Notes under the pieces: generated by a model
What the model was told of the DNA's origin: nothing
The model's database searches: none
The model's input: only the letters and a program-made list of their open reading frames with translations
Position numbers and translations under genes: made by a program
Assembly: GCA_032718475.1 (NCBI GenBank)
Contig: JAUCBJ010001088.1
Span: forward strand, 1-64,000
DNA: 64,000 nucleotides
Source of the DNA: Nemertoderma westbladi
Taxonomy: Eukaryota > Animalia > Xenacoelomorpha
Reading direction: 5' to 3'
Shown here: positions 1 to 14,300 of the stretch, piece by piece
Layout of the letters: the number at the start of each line of letters is the position of its first letter
Numbering within the stretch: position 1 is the stretch's first letter

Positions 1-853
1 TAAGTTAAAGTTAAAGTGCGTTAAACCATGTTAAAGTGTAAAACAGTAAGATAGGAAACGTACCGCCGTACCGGTGTTCCTCCTTCTATATCTTTCATAT
101 CTTATATCTAGTTTGAATATCCCGCCACCAATATACTACATATATACATTTGACACTCTGTACCCGGTCTTCAGCTTCCTGGCTTCTCCAGATATATTTA
201 TGATGAAGTCCCCCTATCAATATTGCCAAAAGCTAATTCTACACGCGCTTCTTCAGTATATTCTACTTAACAAGTACAAAACAATATAAACTACATAACC
301 AAACTAAACTATATGATACATGTGACCTAAATAATAGTTTAGGACTCAACAAATTAATCTGTTTAGAGTTCCAGCGACACTATTACAATTCGACCAATCT
401 GAAGGCGACTAAATACAGAGTTCTAGAACACAATAAATCTCGTCCTGAGTTTCAACTCACAAAGTTTCTGAGTTAATTTCAAGATTAATAAATTCTTAAT
501 TTATTAAAAGGAAAATAATAATAACGTTTTATACCGGAGTTAAGGGAGTAACTGGAATACCGTCAGTACCGGTACCGGTACCGGTACCGTGGGTCTTGGT
601 TCTTCACAGGAATACAGAATATTGATCAATAAATCGGGGAATTTAAAGTTATTTTTATGTTAAGTTAATTTGCAATTTCAAAACATTGAAACTACCGTAT
701 AATTTTCCGATTTTCAGACAAAATTAGGATGAAACTTTAAATATCTCTTTGTGGTCCTATATCTGAACCGGTTATTACGTTACGGTATTATCCGTAATAC
801 GCAATTATTTTTTTCGGAATTCAGTATGGTAACGTAAAGTTCAGTTTTTCAAC

Positions 854-913
854 CGTAACGTAACGTAACGTAACGTAACGTAACGTAACGTAACGTAACG
901 TAACGTAACGTAA
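854..913. repeat. (CGTAA)n microsatellite, ~12 copies
   Basis: Perfect 5-bp tandem run read directly. Confidence 0.95.
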
Positions 914-1428
914 AACATCCTTGATTGTAATGATGCAAATCACATAATCATTTACTTTGTCTTCCAGAAAAATAAGTCTTTACCGATTAGTGGTTATTCA
1001 AATTAGTTCTATAAGATAAAATGTGAGTGTTTGACATATAAGCAATGTAGAGTTTGGATTTGGTAGAGTTTGGAAAATGCAAATTATAGATCCAAACTCG
1101 ACGATATTCATGTTCAAACTCTACATTGTGCAGTTCGAAACTCTACCGTCTTAATTGCCAAACTCTACAAATTATCACTGTTGTAAGCAGCGTGATATCG
1201 GGAGGGAAGTTTAAATTTGAAACTGAATTCTAAAACTTTAATCATTATTTTTAATAATTGATTCTGACTGCTGAGACATTCTATGCGGTCAGTAATTTAT
1301 AATCTATTTAAACAAAATTATAAATTAATAGTTACTGTTGAATAGATCCGGTTTGTCTATCGACCAGTTCAGACTGAAGTAGTTTCAGTTTTAAAGAGTT
1401 TCAGTTTGGCTTACTGCCAGATATTTAG

Positions 1429-1979
1429 ATGCCTGTAGATTTCGACAGGCTGATTGTGGTACCTATAATAAGTAATGGATCGCGCGCGTTGAGGAAAGAA
1501 AAAGACAAATTAGCGGCACGCAATAAAGATCTTAATATTATCAAGAAGTCCAAACAAAACCAAAACGAAGTGTATCTTCGAACTACGAAGGAAATCGAAA
1601 ATAAAACTTAACTTTAATCCGCCGAATTCCCCGACGCCGCCAGTCTGCGATTGGGAATCATGAGAAGGAAAGGTTTTGCCATAAGAGGCAAACCCGTGAA
1701 AAGTAGTTCAAATCCAAAACTGTGCGTGCAACTCTTACTACACAGAAAGAACCAATAAGTCGACAATCTGATAAACTACTTGGAACCCTGTCAGCGAAAA
1801 TAATTTACAGAAGGAATGATCCTCTTGTTTACAATCGTGAAAAGGAGGTTGAACGCAAAAGGCGGCAGGCAATAAGAGATAAACAAAAGATTAAAGTTTG
1901 CGCGGATCCTAACTTCGCCCTTCAACAGAGACAGAAAAGAAATAGCGAACAAAAACGTTGGCGTGAAAAGAAAAATTAG
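1429..1979 (+). pseudogene. Short Lys/Arg-rich ORF fragments, possibly a decayed transposon-gene segment
   Basis: ORFs 1429-1611 and 1722-1979 are highly basic (EKEVERKRRQ..., EQKRWREKK). No catalytic motif recognised. Confidence 0.25.
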
Positions 1980-2309
1980 TTTATTTTAATTTAAAACATT
2001 AGGGGAAATAAGCTGAGCAAGTTATAGCGGCGGTGTTTTCTAATCAAAACGTATTTTCACTTTCAGTTAATTTTCTCTGGAGATCACCCTTTTCACTTAC
2101 GGTCAATTTGTACCATCCGGAAAGATCACCCATCCATGGTGGCATTCCCCGTTAAGTTAAGTCTTGAGCATTCTCGGAATGTATCAACTTTGATGTGTTT
2201 ATTTAACAACAAATGATGATATTATCCAATCAGAACACAGGGAATTGAAGAGTTTGGAATTATTTACTCGCTTCTCTATCGGAGCAAAGACCAAACTCGA
2301 CACAAAATT

Positions 2310-5300
2310 GTAGAGTTTGGAAAAGGAATCCAAACACTAGACCAGGAAAAGTAGAGTTTGGGAAAGGAATCCAAACACTACACCAGGAAAAGTAGAGTTT
2401 GGGAAAGGAATCCAAACACTACACCAGGAAAAGTAGAGTTTGGGAAAGGAATCCAAACACTACACCAGGAAAAGTAGAGTTTGGGAAAGGAATCCAAACA
2501 CTACACCAGGAAAAGTAGAGTTTGGGAAAGGAATCCAAACACTACACCAGGAAAAGTAGAGTTTGGGAAAGGAATCCAACACTTCACCAGGAAAAGCAGA
2601 GTTTGGGTGGGAAAGGAATCCAAACACTACACCAGGAAAAGTAGAGTTTGGGAAAGGAATCCAAACACTACACCAGGAAAAGCAGAGTTTGGGAAAGGAA
2701 TCCAAACACTACACCAGGAAAAGTAGAGTTTGGGAAAGGAATCCAAACACTACACCAGGAAAAGTAGAGTTTGTGAAAGGAATCCAACACTTCACCAGGA
2801 AAAGTAGAGTACGGGAAAGGAATCCAACACTTCACCAGGAAAAGCAGAGTTTGGGTGGGAAAGGAATCCAAACACTACACCAGGAAAAGTAGAGTTTGGG
2901 AAAGGAATCCAACACTTCACCAGGAAAAGCAGAGTTTGGGTGGGAAAGGAATCCAAACACTACACCAGGAAAAGTAGAGTTTGGGAAAGGAATCCAAACA
3001 CTACACCAGGAAAAGCAGAGTTTGGGAAAGGAATCCAAACACTACACCAGGAAAAGTAGAGTTTGGGAAAGGAATCCAAACACTACACCAGGAAAAGTAG
3101 AGTTTGGGAAAGGAATCCAAACACTACACCAGGAAAAGTAGAGTTTGTGAAAGGAATCCAACACTTCACCAGGAAAAGTAGAGTACGGGAAAGGAATCCA
3201 AACACTACACCAGGAAAAGCAGAGTTGTGGAAAGGAATCCAACACTTCACCAGGAAAAGCAGAGTTTGGGAAAGGAATCCAAACACTACACTAGGAAAAG
3301 GAGAGTTTGGGAAAGGAATCCAAACACTACACTAGGAAAAGTAGATTTGGGAAAGGAATCCAAACACTACACTAGGAAAAGCAGAGTTTGGGAAAGGAAT
3401 CCAAACACTACACTAGGAAAAGTAGATTTGGGAAAGGAATCCAAACAATACACCAGGAAAAGCAGAGTTTGGGAAAGGAATCCAAACACTACACTAGGAA
3501 AAGCAGAGTTTGGGAAAGTAATCCAAACACTACACCAGGAAAAGCAGAGTTTGGGAAAGTAATCCAAACACTACACCAGGAAAAGCAGAGTTTGGTTGGG
3601 AAAGGAATCCAAACACTACACTAGGAAAAGTAGAGTTTGGGAAAGGAATCCAAACACTACACCAGGAAAAGCAGAGTTTGGGAAAGGAATCCAAACACTA
3701 CACCAGGAAAAGTAGAGTTTGGGAAAGGAATCCAAACACTACACCAGTAAAAGTAGAGTTTGGGAAAGGAATCCAAACACTACACCAGGAAAAGTAGAGT
3801 TTGGGAAAGGAATCCAAACACTACACCAGGAAAAGTAGAGTTTGGGAAAGGAATCCAAACACTACACCAGGAAAAGTAGAGTTTGGTAAAGGAATCCAAA
3901 CACTACACCAGGAAAAGTAGAGTTTGGGAAAGGAATCCAAACACTACACCAGGAAAAGTAGAGTTTGGGAAAGGAATCCAAACACTACACCAGGAAAAGT
4001 AGAGTTTGGGAAAGTAATCCAACACTTCACCAGGAAAAGCAGAGATTGGGTGTGAAAGGAATCCAAACACTACACCAGGAAAAGTAGAGTTTGGGAAAGG
4101 AATCCAAACACTACACCAGGAAAAGCAGAGTTTGGGAAAGGAATCCAAACACTACACCAGGAAAAGTAGAGTTTGGGAAAGGAATCCAAACACTACACCA
4201 GGAAAAGTAGAGTTTGTGAAAGGAATCCAACACTTCACCCGGAAAAGTAGAGTACGGGAAAGGAATCCAACACTTCACCAGGAAAAGCAGAGTTTGGGTG
4301 GGAAAGGAATCCAAACACTACACCAGGAAAAGTAGAGTTTGGGAAAGGAATCCAACACTTCACCAGGAAAAGCAGAGTTTGGGTGGGAAAGGAATCCAAA
4401 CACTACACCAGGAAAAGTAGAGTTTGGGAATGGAATCCAAACACTACACCAGGAAAAGCAGAGTTTGGGAAAGGAATCCAAACACTACACCAGGAAAAGT
4501 AGAGTTTGGGAAAGGAATCCAAACACTACACCAGAAAAAGTAGAGTTTGGGAAAGGAATCCAAACACTACACCAGGAAAAGTAGAGTTTGTGAAAGGAAT
4601 CCAACACTTCACCAGGAAAAGTAGAGTACGGGAAAGGAATCCAAACACTACACCAGGAAAAGCAGAGTTGTGGAAAGGAATCCAACACTTCACCAGGAAA
4701 AGCAGAGTTTGGGAAAGGAATCCAAACACTACACTAGGAAAAGGAGAGTTTGGGAAAGGAATCCAAACACTACACTAGCAAAAGTAGATTTGGGAAAGGA
4801 ATCCAAACACTACACTAGGAAAAGCAGAGTTTGGGAAAGGAATCCAAACACTACACTAGGAAAAGTAGATTTGGGAAAGGAATCCAAACAATACACCAGG
4901 AAAAGCAGAGTTTGGGAAAGGAATCCAAACACTACACTAGGAAAAGCAGAGTTTGGGAAAGTAATCCAAACACTACACCAGGAAAAGCAGAGTTTGGGAA
5001 AGTAATCCAAACACTACACCAGGAAAAGCAGAGTTTGGGTGGGAAAGAAATCCAAACACTACACTAGGAAAAGTAGAGTTTGGGAAAGGAATCCTAACAC
5101 TACACCAGGAAAAGCAGAGTTTGGGAAAGGAATCCAAACACTACACCAGGAAAAGTAGAGTTTGGGAAAGGAATCCAAACACTACACCAGGAAAAGTTGA
5201 GTTTGGGAAAGTAATCCAACACTTCACCAGGAAAAGCAGAGTTTGGGTGTGAAAGGAATCCAAACACTACACCAGGAAAAGTAAAGTTTGGGAAAGGAAT

Positions 5301-8300
5301 CCAAACACTACACCAGGAAAAGCAGAGTTTGGGAAAGGAATCCAAACACTACACCAGGAAAAGTAGAGTTTGGGAAAGGAATCCAAACACTACACCAGGA
5401 AAAGCAGAGTTTGGGAAAGGAATCCAAACACTACACCAGGAAAAGTAGAGTTTGGGAAAGGAATCCAAACACTACACCAGTAAAAGTTGAGTTTGGGAAA
5501 GTAATCCAACACTTCACCAGGAAAAGCAGAGTTTGGGTGTGAAAGGAATCCAAACACTACACCAGGAAAAGTAGAGTTTGGGAAAGGAATCCAAACACTA
5601 CACCAGGAAAAGCAGAGTTTGGGAAAGGAATCCAAACACTACACCAGGAAAAGTAGAGTTTGGGAAAGGAATCCAAACACTACACCAGGAAAAGCAGAGT
5701 TTGGGAAAGGAATCCAAACACTACACCAGGAAAAGTAGAGTTTGGGTGTGAAAGGAATCCAAACACTACACCAGGAAAAGCAGAGTTTGGGAAAGGAATC
5801 CAAACACTACACCAGGAAAAGCAGAGTTTGGGAAAGGAATCCAAACACTACACCAGGAAAAGTAGAGTTTGGGAAAGGAATCCAAACACTACACCAGGAA
5901 AAGCAGAGTTTGGGAAAGGAATCCAAACACTACACCAGGAAAAGTAGAGTTTGGGAAAGGAATCCAAACACTACACCAGGAAAAGTTGAGTTTGGGAAAG
6001 TAATCCAACACTTCACCAGGAAAAGCAGAGTTTGGGTGTGAAAGGAATCCAAACACTACACCAGGAAAAGTAGAGTTTGGGAAAGGAATCCAAACACTAC
6101 ACCAGGAAAAGCAGAGTTTGGGAAAGGAATCCAAACACTACACCAGGAAAAGTAGAGTTTGGGAAAGGAATCCAAACACTACACCAGGAAAAGCAGAGTT
6201 TGGGAAAGGAATCCAAACACTACACCAGGAAAAGTAGAGTTTGGGAAAGGAATCCAAACACTACACCAGGAAAAGTAGAGTTTGGGAAAGGAATCCAAAC
6301 ACTACACCAGGAAAAGTAGAGTTTGTGAAAGGAATCCAACACTTCACCAGGAAAAGTAGAGTACGGGAAAGGAATCCAACACTTCACCAGGAAAAGCAGA
6401 GTTTGGGTGGGAAAGGAATCCAAACACTATACCAGGAAAAGTAGAGTTTGGGAAAGGAATCCAACACTTCACCAGGAAAAGCAGAGTTTGGGTGGGAAAG
6501 GAATCCAAACACTACACCAGGAAAAGTAGAGTTTGGGAAAGGAATCCAAACACTACACCAGGAAAAGCAGAGTTTGGGAAAGGAATCCAAACACTACACC
6601 AGGAAAAGTAGAGTTTGGGAAAGGAATCCAAACACTACACCAGAAAAAGTAGAGTTTGGGAAAGGAATCCAAACACTACACCAGGAAAAGTAGAGTTTGT
6701 GAAAGGAATCCAACACTTCACCAGGAAAAGTAGAGTACGGGAAAGGAATCCAAACACTACACCAGGAAAAGCAGAGTTGTGGAAAGGAATCCAACACTTC
6801 ACCAGGAAAAGCAGAGTTTGGGAAAGGAATCCAAACACTACACTAGGAAAGGAGAGTTTGGGAAAGGAATCCAAACACTACACCAGGAAAAGCAGAGTTT
6901 GGGAAAGGAATCCAAACACTGCACCAGGAAAAGTAGAGTTTGGGAAAGGAATCCAACACTTCACCAGGAAAAGCAGAATTTGGGAAAGGAATCCAAACAC
7001 TACACCAGGAAAAGTAGAGTTTGGGAAAGGAATCCAAACACTACACCAGGAAAAGCAGAGTTTGGGAAAGTAATCCAAACACTACACTAGGAAAAGTAGA
7101 TTTGGGAAAGGAATCCAAACACTACACTAGGAAAAGCAGAGTTTGGGAAAGGAATCCAAACACTACTCTAGGCAAAGTAGATTTGGGAAAGGAATCCAAA
7201 CAATACACCAGGAAAAGCAGAGTTTGGAAAAGGAATCCAAACACTACACTAGGAAAAGCAGAGTTTGGGAAAGTAATCCAAACACTACACCAGGAAAAGC
7301 AGAGTTTGGGAAAGTAATCCAAACACTACACCAGGAAAAGCAGAGTTTGGGTGGGAAAGGAATCCAAACACTACACTAGGAAAAGTAGAGTTTGGGAAAG
7401 GAATCCAAACACTACACCAGGAAAAGCAGAGTTTGGGAAAGGAATCCAAACACTACACCAGGAAAAGTAGAGTTTGGGAAAGGAATCCAAACACTACACT
7501 AGGAAAAGTAGAGTTTGGGAAAGGAATCCAAACACTACACCAGGAAAAGTAGAGTTTGGGAAAGGAATCCAAACACTACACTAGGAAAAGTAGAGTTTGG
7601 GAAAGGAATCCAAACACTACACTAGGAAAAGCAGAGTTTGGGAAAGGAATCCAAACACTACACCAGGAAAAGCAGAGTTTGGGAAAGGAATCCAAACACT
7701 ACACCAGGAAAAGCAGAGTTTGGGAAAGGAATCCAAACACTACACCAGGAAAAGTAGAGTTTGGGAAAGGAATCCAAACACTACACCAGAAAAAGTAGAG
7801 TTTGGGAAAGGAATCCAAACACTACACCAGGAAAAGTAGAGTTTGTGAAAGGAATCCAACACTTCACCAGGAAAAGTAGAGTACGGGAAAGGAATCCAAA
7901 CACTACACCAGGAAAAGCAGAGTTGTGGAAAGGAATCCAACACTTCACCAGGAAAAGCAGAGTTTGGGAAAGGAATCCAAACACTACACTAGGAAAAGGA
8001 GAGTTTGGGAAAGGAATCCAAACACTACACTAGGAAAAGTAGATTTGGGAAAGGAATCCAAACACTACACTAGGAAAAGCAGAGTTTGGGAAAGGAATCC
8101 AAACACTACACTAGGAAAAGTAGATTTGGGAAAGGAATCCAAACAATACACCAGGAAAAGCAGAGTTTGGGAAAGGAATCCAAACACTACACTAGGAAAA
8201 GCAGAGTTTGGGAAAGTAATCCAAACACTAAATACACCAGGAAAAGCAGAGTTTGGGAAAGTAATCCAAACACTACACCAGGAAAAGCAGAGTTTGGGTG

Positions 8301-11300
8301 GGAAAGAAATCCAAACACTACACTAGGAAAAGTAGAGTTTGGGAAAGGAATCCAAACACTACACCAGGAAAAGCAGAGTTTGGGAAAGGAATCCAAACAC
8401 TACACCAGGAAAAGTAGAGTTTGGGAAAGGAATCCAAACACTACACCAGGAAAAGTTGAGTTTGGGAAAGTAATCCAACACTTCACCAGGAAAAGCAGAG
8501 TTTGGGTGTGAAAGGAATCCAAACACTACACCAGGAAAAGTAGAGTTTGGGAAAGGAATCCAAACACTACACCAGGAAAAGCAGAGTTTGGAAAAGGAAT
8601 CCAAACACTACACCAGGAAAAGTAGAGTTTGGGAAAGGAATCCAAACACTACACCAGGAAAAGTAGAGTTTGGGAAAGGAATCCAAACACTACACCAGGA
8701 AAAGTAGAGTTTGTGAAAGGAATCCAACACTTCACCAGGAAAAGTAGAGTACGGGAAAGGAATCCAACACTTCACCAGGAAAAGCAGAGTTTGGGTGGGA
8801 AAGGAATCCAAACACTACACCAGGAAAAGTAGAGTTTGGGAAAGGAATCCAACACTTCACCAGGAAAAGCAGAGTTTGGGTGGGAAAGGAATCCAAACAC
8901 TACACCAGGAAAAGTAGAGTTTGGGAAAGGAATCCAAACACTACACCAGGAAAAGCAGAGTTTGGGAAAGGAATCCAAACACTACACCAGGAAAAGTAGA
9001 GTTTGGGAAAGGAATCCAAACACTACACCAGAAAAAGTAGAGTTTGGGAAAGGAATCCAAACACTACACCAGGAAAAGTAGAGTTTGTGAAAGGAATCCA
9101 ACACTTCACCAGGAAAAGTAGAGTACGGGAAAGGAATCCAAACACTACACCAGGAAAAGCAGAGTTGTGGAAAGGAATCCAACACTTCACCAGGAAAAGC
9201 AGAGTTTGGGAAAGGAATCCAAACACTACACTAGGAAAAGGAGAGTTTGGGAAAGGAATCCAAACACTACACTAGGAAAAGTAGATTTGGGAAAGGAATC
9301 CAAACACTACACTAGGAAAAGCAGAGTTTGGGAAAGGAATCCAAACACTACACTAGGAAAAGTAGATTTGGGAAAGGAATCCAAACAATACACCAGGAAA
9401 AGCAGAGTTTGGGAAAGGAATCCAAACACTACACTAGGAAAAGCAGAGTTTGGGAAAGTAATCCAAACACTACACCAGGAAAAGCAGAGTTTGGGAAAGT
9501 AATCCAAACACTACACCAGGAAAAGCAGAGTTTGGGTGGGAAAGAAATCCAAACACTACACTAGGAAAAGTAGAGTTTGGGAAAGGAATCCTAACACTAC
9601 ACCAGGAAAAGCAGAGTTTGGGAAAGGAATCCAAACACTACACCAGGAAAAGTAGAGTTTGGGAAAGGAATCCAAACACTACACCAGGAAAAGTTGAGTT
9701 TGGGAAAGTAATCCAACACTTCACCAGGAAAAGCAGAGTTTGGGTGTGAAAGGAATCCAAACACTACACCAGGAAAAGTAAAGTTTGGGAAAGGAATCCA
9801 AACACTACACCAGGAAAAGCAGAGTTTGGGAAAGGAATCCAAACACTACACCAGGAAAAGTAGAGTTTGGGAAAGGAATCCAAACACTACACCAGGAAAA
9901 GCAGAGTTTGGGAAAGGAATCCAAACACTACACCAGGAAAAGTAGAGTTTGGGAAAGGAATCCAAACACTACACCAGGAAAAGTTGAGTTTGGGAAAGTA
10001 ATCCAACACTTCACCAGGAAAAGCAGAGTTTGGGTGTGAAAGGAATCCAAACACTACACCAGGAAAAGTAGAGTTTGGGAAAGGAATCCAAACACTACAC
10101 CAGGAAAAGCAGAGTTTGGGAAAGGAATCCAAACACTACACCAGGAAAAGTAGAGTTTGGGAAAGGAATCCAAACACTACACCAGGAAAAGCAGAGTTTG
10201 GGAAAGGAATCCAAACACTACACCAGGAAAAGTAGAGTTTGGGTGTGAAAGGAATCCAAACACTACACCAGGAAAAGCAGAGTTTGGGAAAGGAATCCAA
10301 ACACTACACCAGGAAAAGCAGAGTTTGGGAAAGGAATCCAAACACTACACCAGGAAAAGTAGAGTTTGGGAAAGGAATCCAAACACTACACCAGGAAAAG
10401 CAGAGTTTGGGAAAGGAATCCAAACACTACACCAGGAAAAGTAGAGTTTGGGAAAGGAATCCAAACACTACACCAGGAAAAGTTGAGTTTGGGAAAGTAA
10501 TCCAACACTTCACCAGGAAAAGCAGAGTTTGGGTGTGAAAGGAATCCAAACACTACACCAGGAAAAGTAGAGTTTGGGAAAGGAATCCAAACACTACACC
10601 AGGAAAAGCAGAGTTTGGGAAAGGAATCCAAACACTACACCAGGAAAAGTAGAGTTTGGGAAAGGAATCCAAACACTACACCAGGAAAAGCAGAGTTTGG
10701 GAAAGGAATCCAAACACTACACCAGGAAAAGTAGAGTTTGGGAAAGGAATCCAAACACTACACCAGGAAAAGTAGAGTTTGGGAAAGGAATCCAAACACT
10801 ACACCAGGAAAAGTAGAGTTTGTGAAAGGAATCCAACACTTCACCAGGAAAAGTAGAGTACGGGAAAGGAATCCAACACTTCACCAGGAAAAGCAGAGTT
10901 TGGGTGGGAAAGGAATCCAAACACTACACCAGGAAAAGTAGAGTTTGGGAAAGGAATCCAACACTTCACCAGGAAAAGCAGAGTTTGGGTGGGAAAGGAA
11001 TCCAAACACTACACCAGGAAAAGTAGAGTTTGGGAAAGGAATCCAAACACTACACCAGGAAAAGCAGAGTTTGGGAAAGGAATCCAAACACTACACCAGG
11101 AAAAGTAGAGTTTGGGAAAGGAATCCAAACACTACACCAGAAAAAGTAGAGTTTGGGAAAGGAATCCAAACACTACACCAGGAAAAGTAGAGTTTGTGAA
11201 AGGAATCCAACACTTCACCAGGAAAAGTAGAGTACGGGAAAGGAATCCAAACACTACACCAGGAAAAGCAGAGTTGTGGAAAGGAATCCAACACTTCACC

Positions 11301-14300
11301 AGGAAAAGCAGAGTTTGGGAAAGGAATCCAAACACTACACTAGGAAAGGAGAGTTTGGGAAAGGAATCCAAACACTACACCAGGAAAAGCAGAGTTTGGG
11401 AAAGGAATCCAAACACTGCACCAGGAAAAGTAGAGTTTGGGAAAGGAATCCAACACTTCACCAGGAAAAGCAGAGTTTGGGAAAGGAATCCAAACACTAC
11501 ACCAGGAAAAGTAGAGTTTGGGAAAGGAATCCAAACACTACACCAGGAAAAGCAGAGTTTGGGAAAGTAATCCAAACACTACACTAGGAAAAGTAGATTT
11601 GGGAAAGGAATCCAAACACTACACTAGGAAAAGCAGAGTTTGGGAAAGGAATCCAAACACTACTCTAGGCAAAGTAGATTTGGGAAAGGAATCCAAACAA
11701 TACACCAGGAAAAGCAGAGTTTGGAAAAGGAATCCAAACACTACACTAGGAAAAGCAGAGTTTGGGAAAGTAATCCAAACACTACACCAGGAAAAGCAGA
11801 GTTTGGGAAAGTAATCCAAACACTACACCAGGAAAAGCAGAGTTTGGGTGGGAAAGGAATCCAAACACTACACTAGGAAAAGTAGAGTTTGGGAAAGGAA
11901 TCCAAACACTACACCAGGAAAAGCAGAGTTTGGGAAAGGAATCCAAACACTACACCAGGAAAAGTAGAGTTTGGGAAAGGAATCCAAACACTACACTAGG
12001 AAAAGTAGAGTTTGGGAAAGGAATCCAAACACTACACCAGGAAAAGTAGAGTTTGGGAAAGGAATCCAAACACTACACTAGGAAAAGTAGAGTTTGGGAA
12101 AGGAATCCAAACACTACACTAGGAAAAGCAGAGTTTGGGAAAGGAATCCAAACACTACACCGGGAAAAGCAGAGTTTGGGAAAGGAATCCAAACACTACA
12201 CCAGGAAAAGCAGAGTTTGGGAAAGGAATCCAAACACTACACCAGGAAAAGTAGAGTTTGGGAAAGGAATCCAAACACTACACCAGAAAAAGTAGAGTTT
12301 GGGAAAGGAATCCAAACACTACACCAGGAAAAGTAGAGTTTGTGAAAGGAATCCAACACTTCACCAGGAAAAGTAGAGTACGGGAAAGGAATCCAAACAC
12401 TACACCAGGAAAAGCAGAGTTGTGGAAAGGAATCCAACACTTCACCAGGAAAAGCAGAGTTTGGGAAAGGAATCCAAACACTACACTAGGAAAAGGAGAG
12501 TTTGGGAAAGGAATCCAAACACTACACTAGGAAAAGTAGATTTGGGAAAGGAATCCAAACACTACACTAGGAAAAGCAGAGTTTGGGAAAGGAATCCAAA
12601 CACTACACTAGGAAAAGTAGATTTGGGAAAGGAATCCAAACAATACACCAGGAAAAGCAGAGTTTGGGAAAGGAATCCAAACACTACACTAGGAAAAGCA
12701 GAGTTTGGGAAAGTAATCCAAACACTACACCAGGAAAAGCAGAGTTTGGGAAAGTAATCCAAACACTACACCAGGAAAAGCAGAGTTTGGTTGGGAAAGA
12801 AATCCAAACACTACACTAGGAAAAGTAGAGTTTGGGAAAGGAATCCAAACACTACACCAGGAAAAGCAGAGTTTGGGAAAGGAATCCAAACACTACACCA
12901 GGAAAAGTAGAGTTTGGGAAAGGAATCCAAACACTACACCAGGAAAAGTTGAGTTTGGGAAAGTAATCCAACACTTCACCAGGAAAAGCAGAGTTTGGGT
13001 GTGAAAGGAATCCAAACACTACACCAGGAAAAGTAGAGTTTGGGAAAGGAATCCAAACACTACACCAGGAAAAGCAGAGTTTGGGAAAGGAATCCAAACA
13101 CTACACCAGGAAAAGTAGAGTTTGGGAAAGGAATCCAAACACTACACCAGGAAAAGTAGAGTTTGGGAAAGGAATCCAAACACTACACCAGGAAAAGTAG
13201 AGTTTGTGAAAGGAATCCAACACTTCACCAGGAAAAGTAGAGTACGGGAAAGGAATCCAACACTTCACCAGGAAAAGCAGAGTTTGGGTGGGAAAGGAAT
13301 CCAAACACTACACCAGGAAAAGTAGAGTTTGGGAAAGGAATCCAACACTTCACCAGGAAAAGCAGAGTTTGGGTGGGAAAGGAATCCAAACACTACACCA
13401 GGAAAAGTAGAGTTTGGGAAAGGAATCCAAACACTACACCAGGAAAAGCAGAGTTTGGGAAAGGAATCCAAACACTACACCAGGAAAAGTAGAGTTTGGG
13501 AAAGGAATCCAAACACTACACCAGAAAAAGTAGAGTTTGGGAAAGGAATCCAAACACTACACCAGGAAAAGTAGAGTTTGTGAAAGGAATCCAACACTTC
13601 ACCAGGAAAAGTAGAGTACGGGAAAGGAATCCAAACACTACACCAGGAAAAGCAGAGTTGTGGAAAGGAATCCAACACTTCACCAGGAAAAGCAGAGTTT
13701 GGGAAAGGAATCCAAACACTACACTAGGAAAGGAGAGTTTGGGAAAGGAATCCAAACACTACACTAGGAAAAGTAGATTTGGGAAAGGAATCCAAACACT
13801 ACACTAGGAAAAGCAGAGTTTGGGAAAGGAATCCAAACACTACTCTAGGAAAAGTAGATTTGGGAAAGGAATCCAAACAATACACCAGGAAAAGCAGAGT
13901 TTGGAAAAGGAATCCAAACACTACACTAGGAAAAGCAGAGTTTGGGAAAGTAATCCAAACACTACACCAGGAAAAGCAGAGTTTGGGAAAGTAATCCAAA
14001 CACTACACCAGGAAAAGCAGAGTTTGGGTGGGAAAGGAATCCAAACACTACACTAGGAAAAGTAGAGTTTGGGAAAGGAATCCAAACACTACACCAGGAA
14101 AAGCAGAGTTTGGGAAAGGAATCCAAACACTACACCAGGAAAAGTAGAGTTTGGGAAAGGAATCCAAACACTACACTAGGAAAAGTAGAGTTTGGGAAAG
14201 GAATCCAAACACTACACCAGGAAAAGTAGAGTTTGGGAAAGGAATCCAAACACTACACTAGGAAAAGTAGAGTTTGGGAAAGGAATCCAAACACTACACT

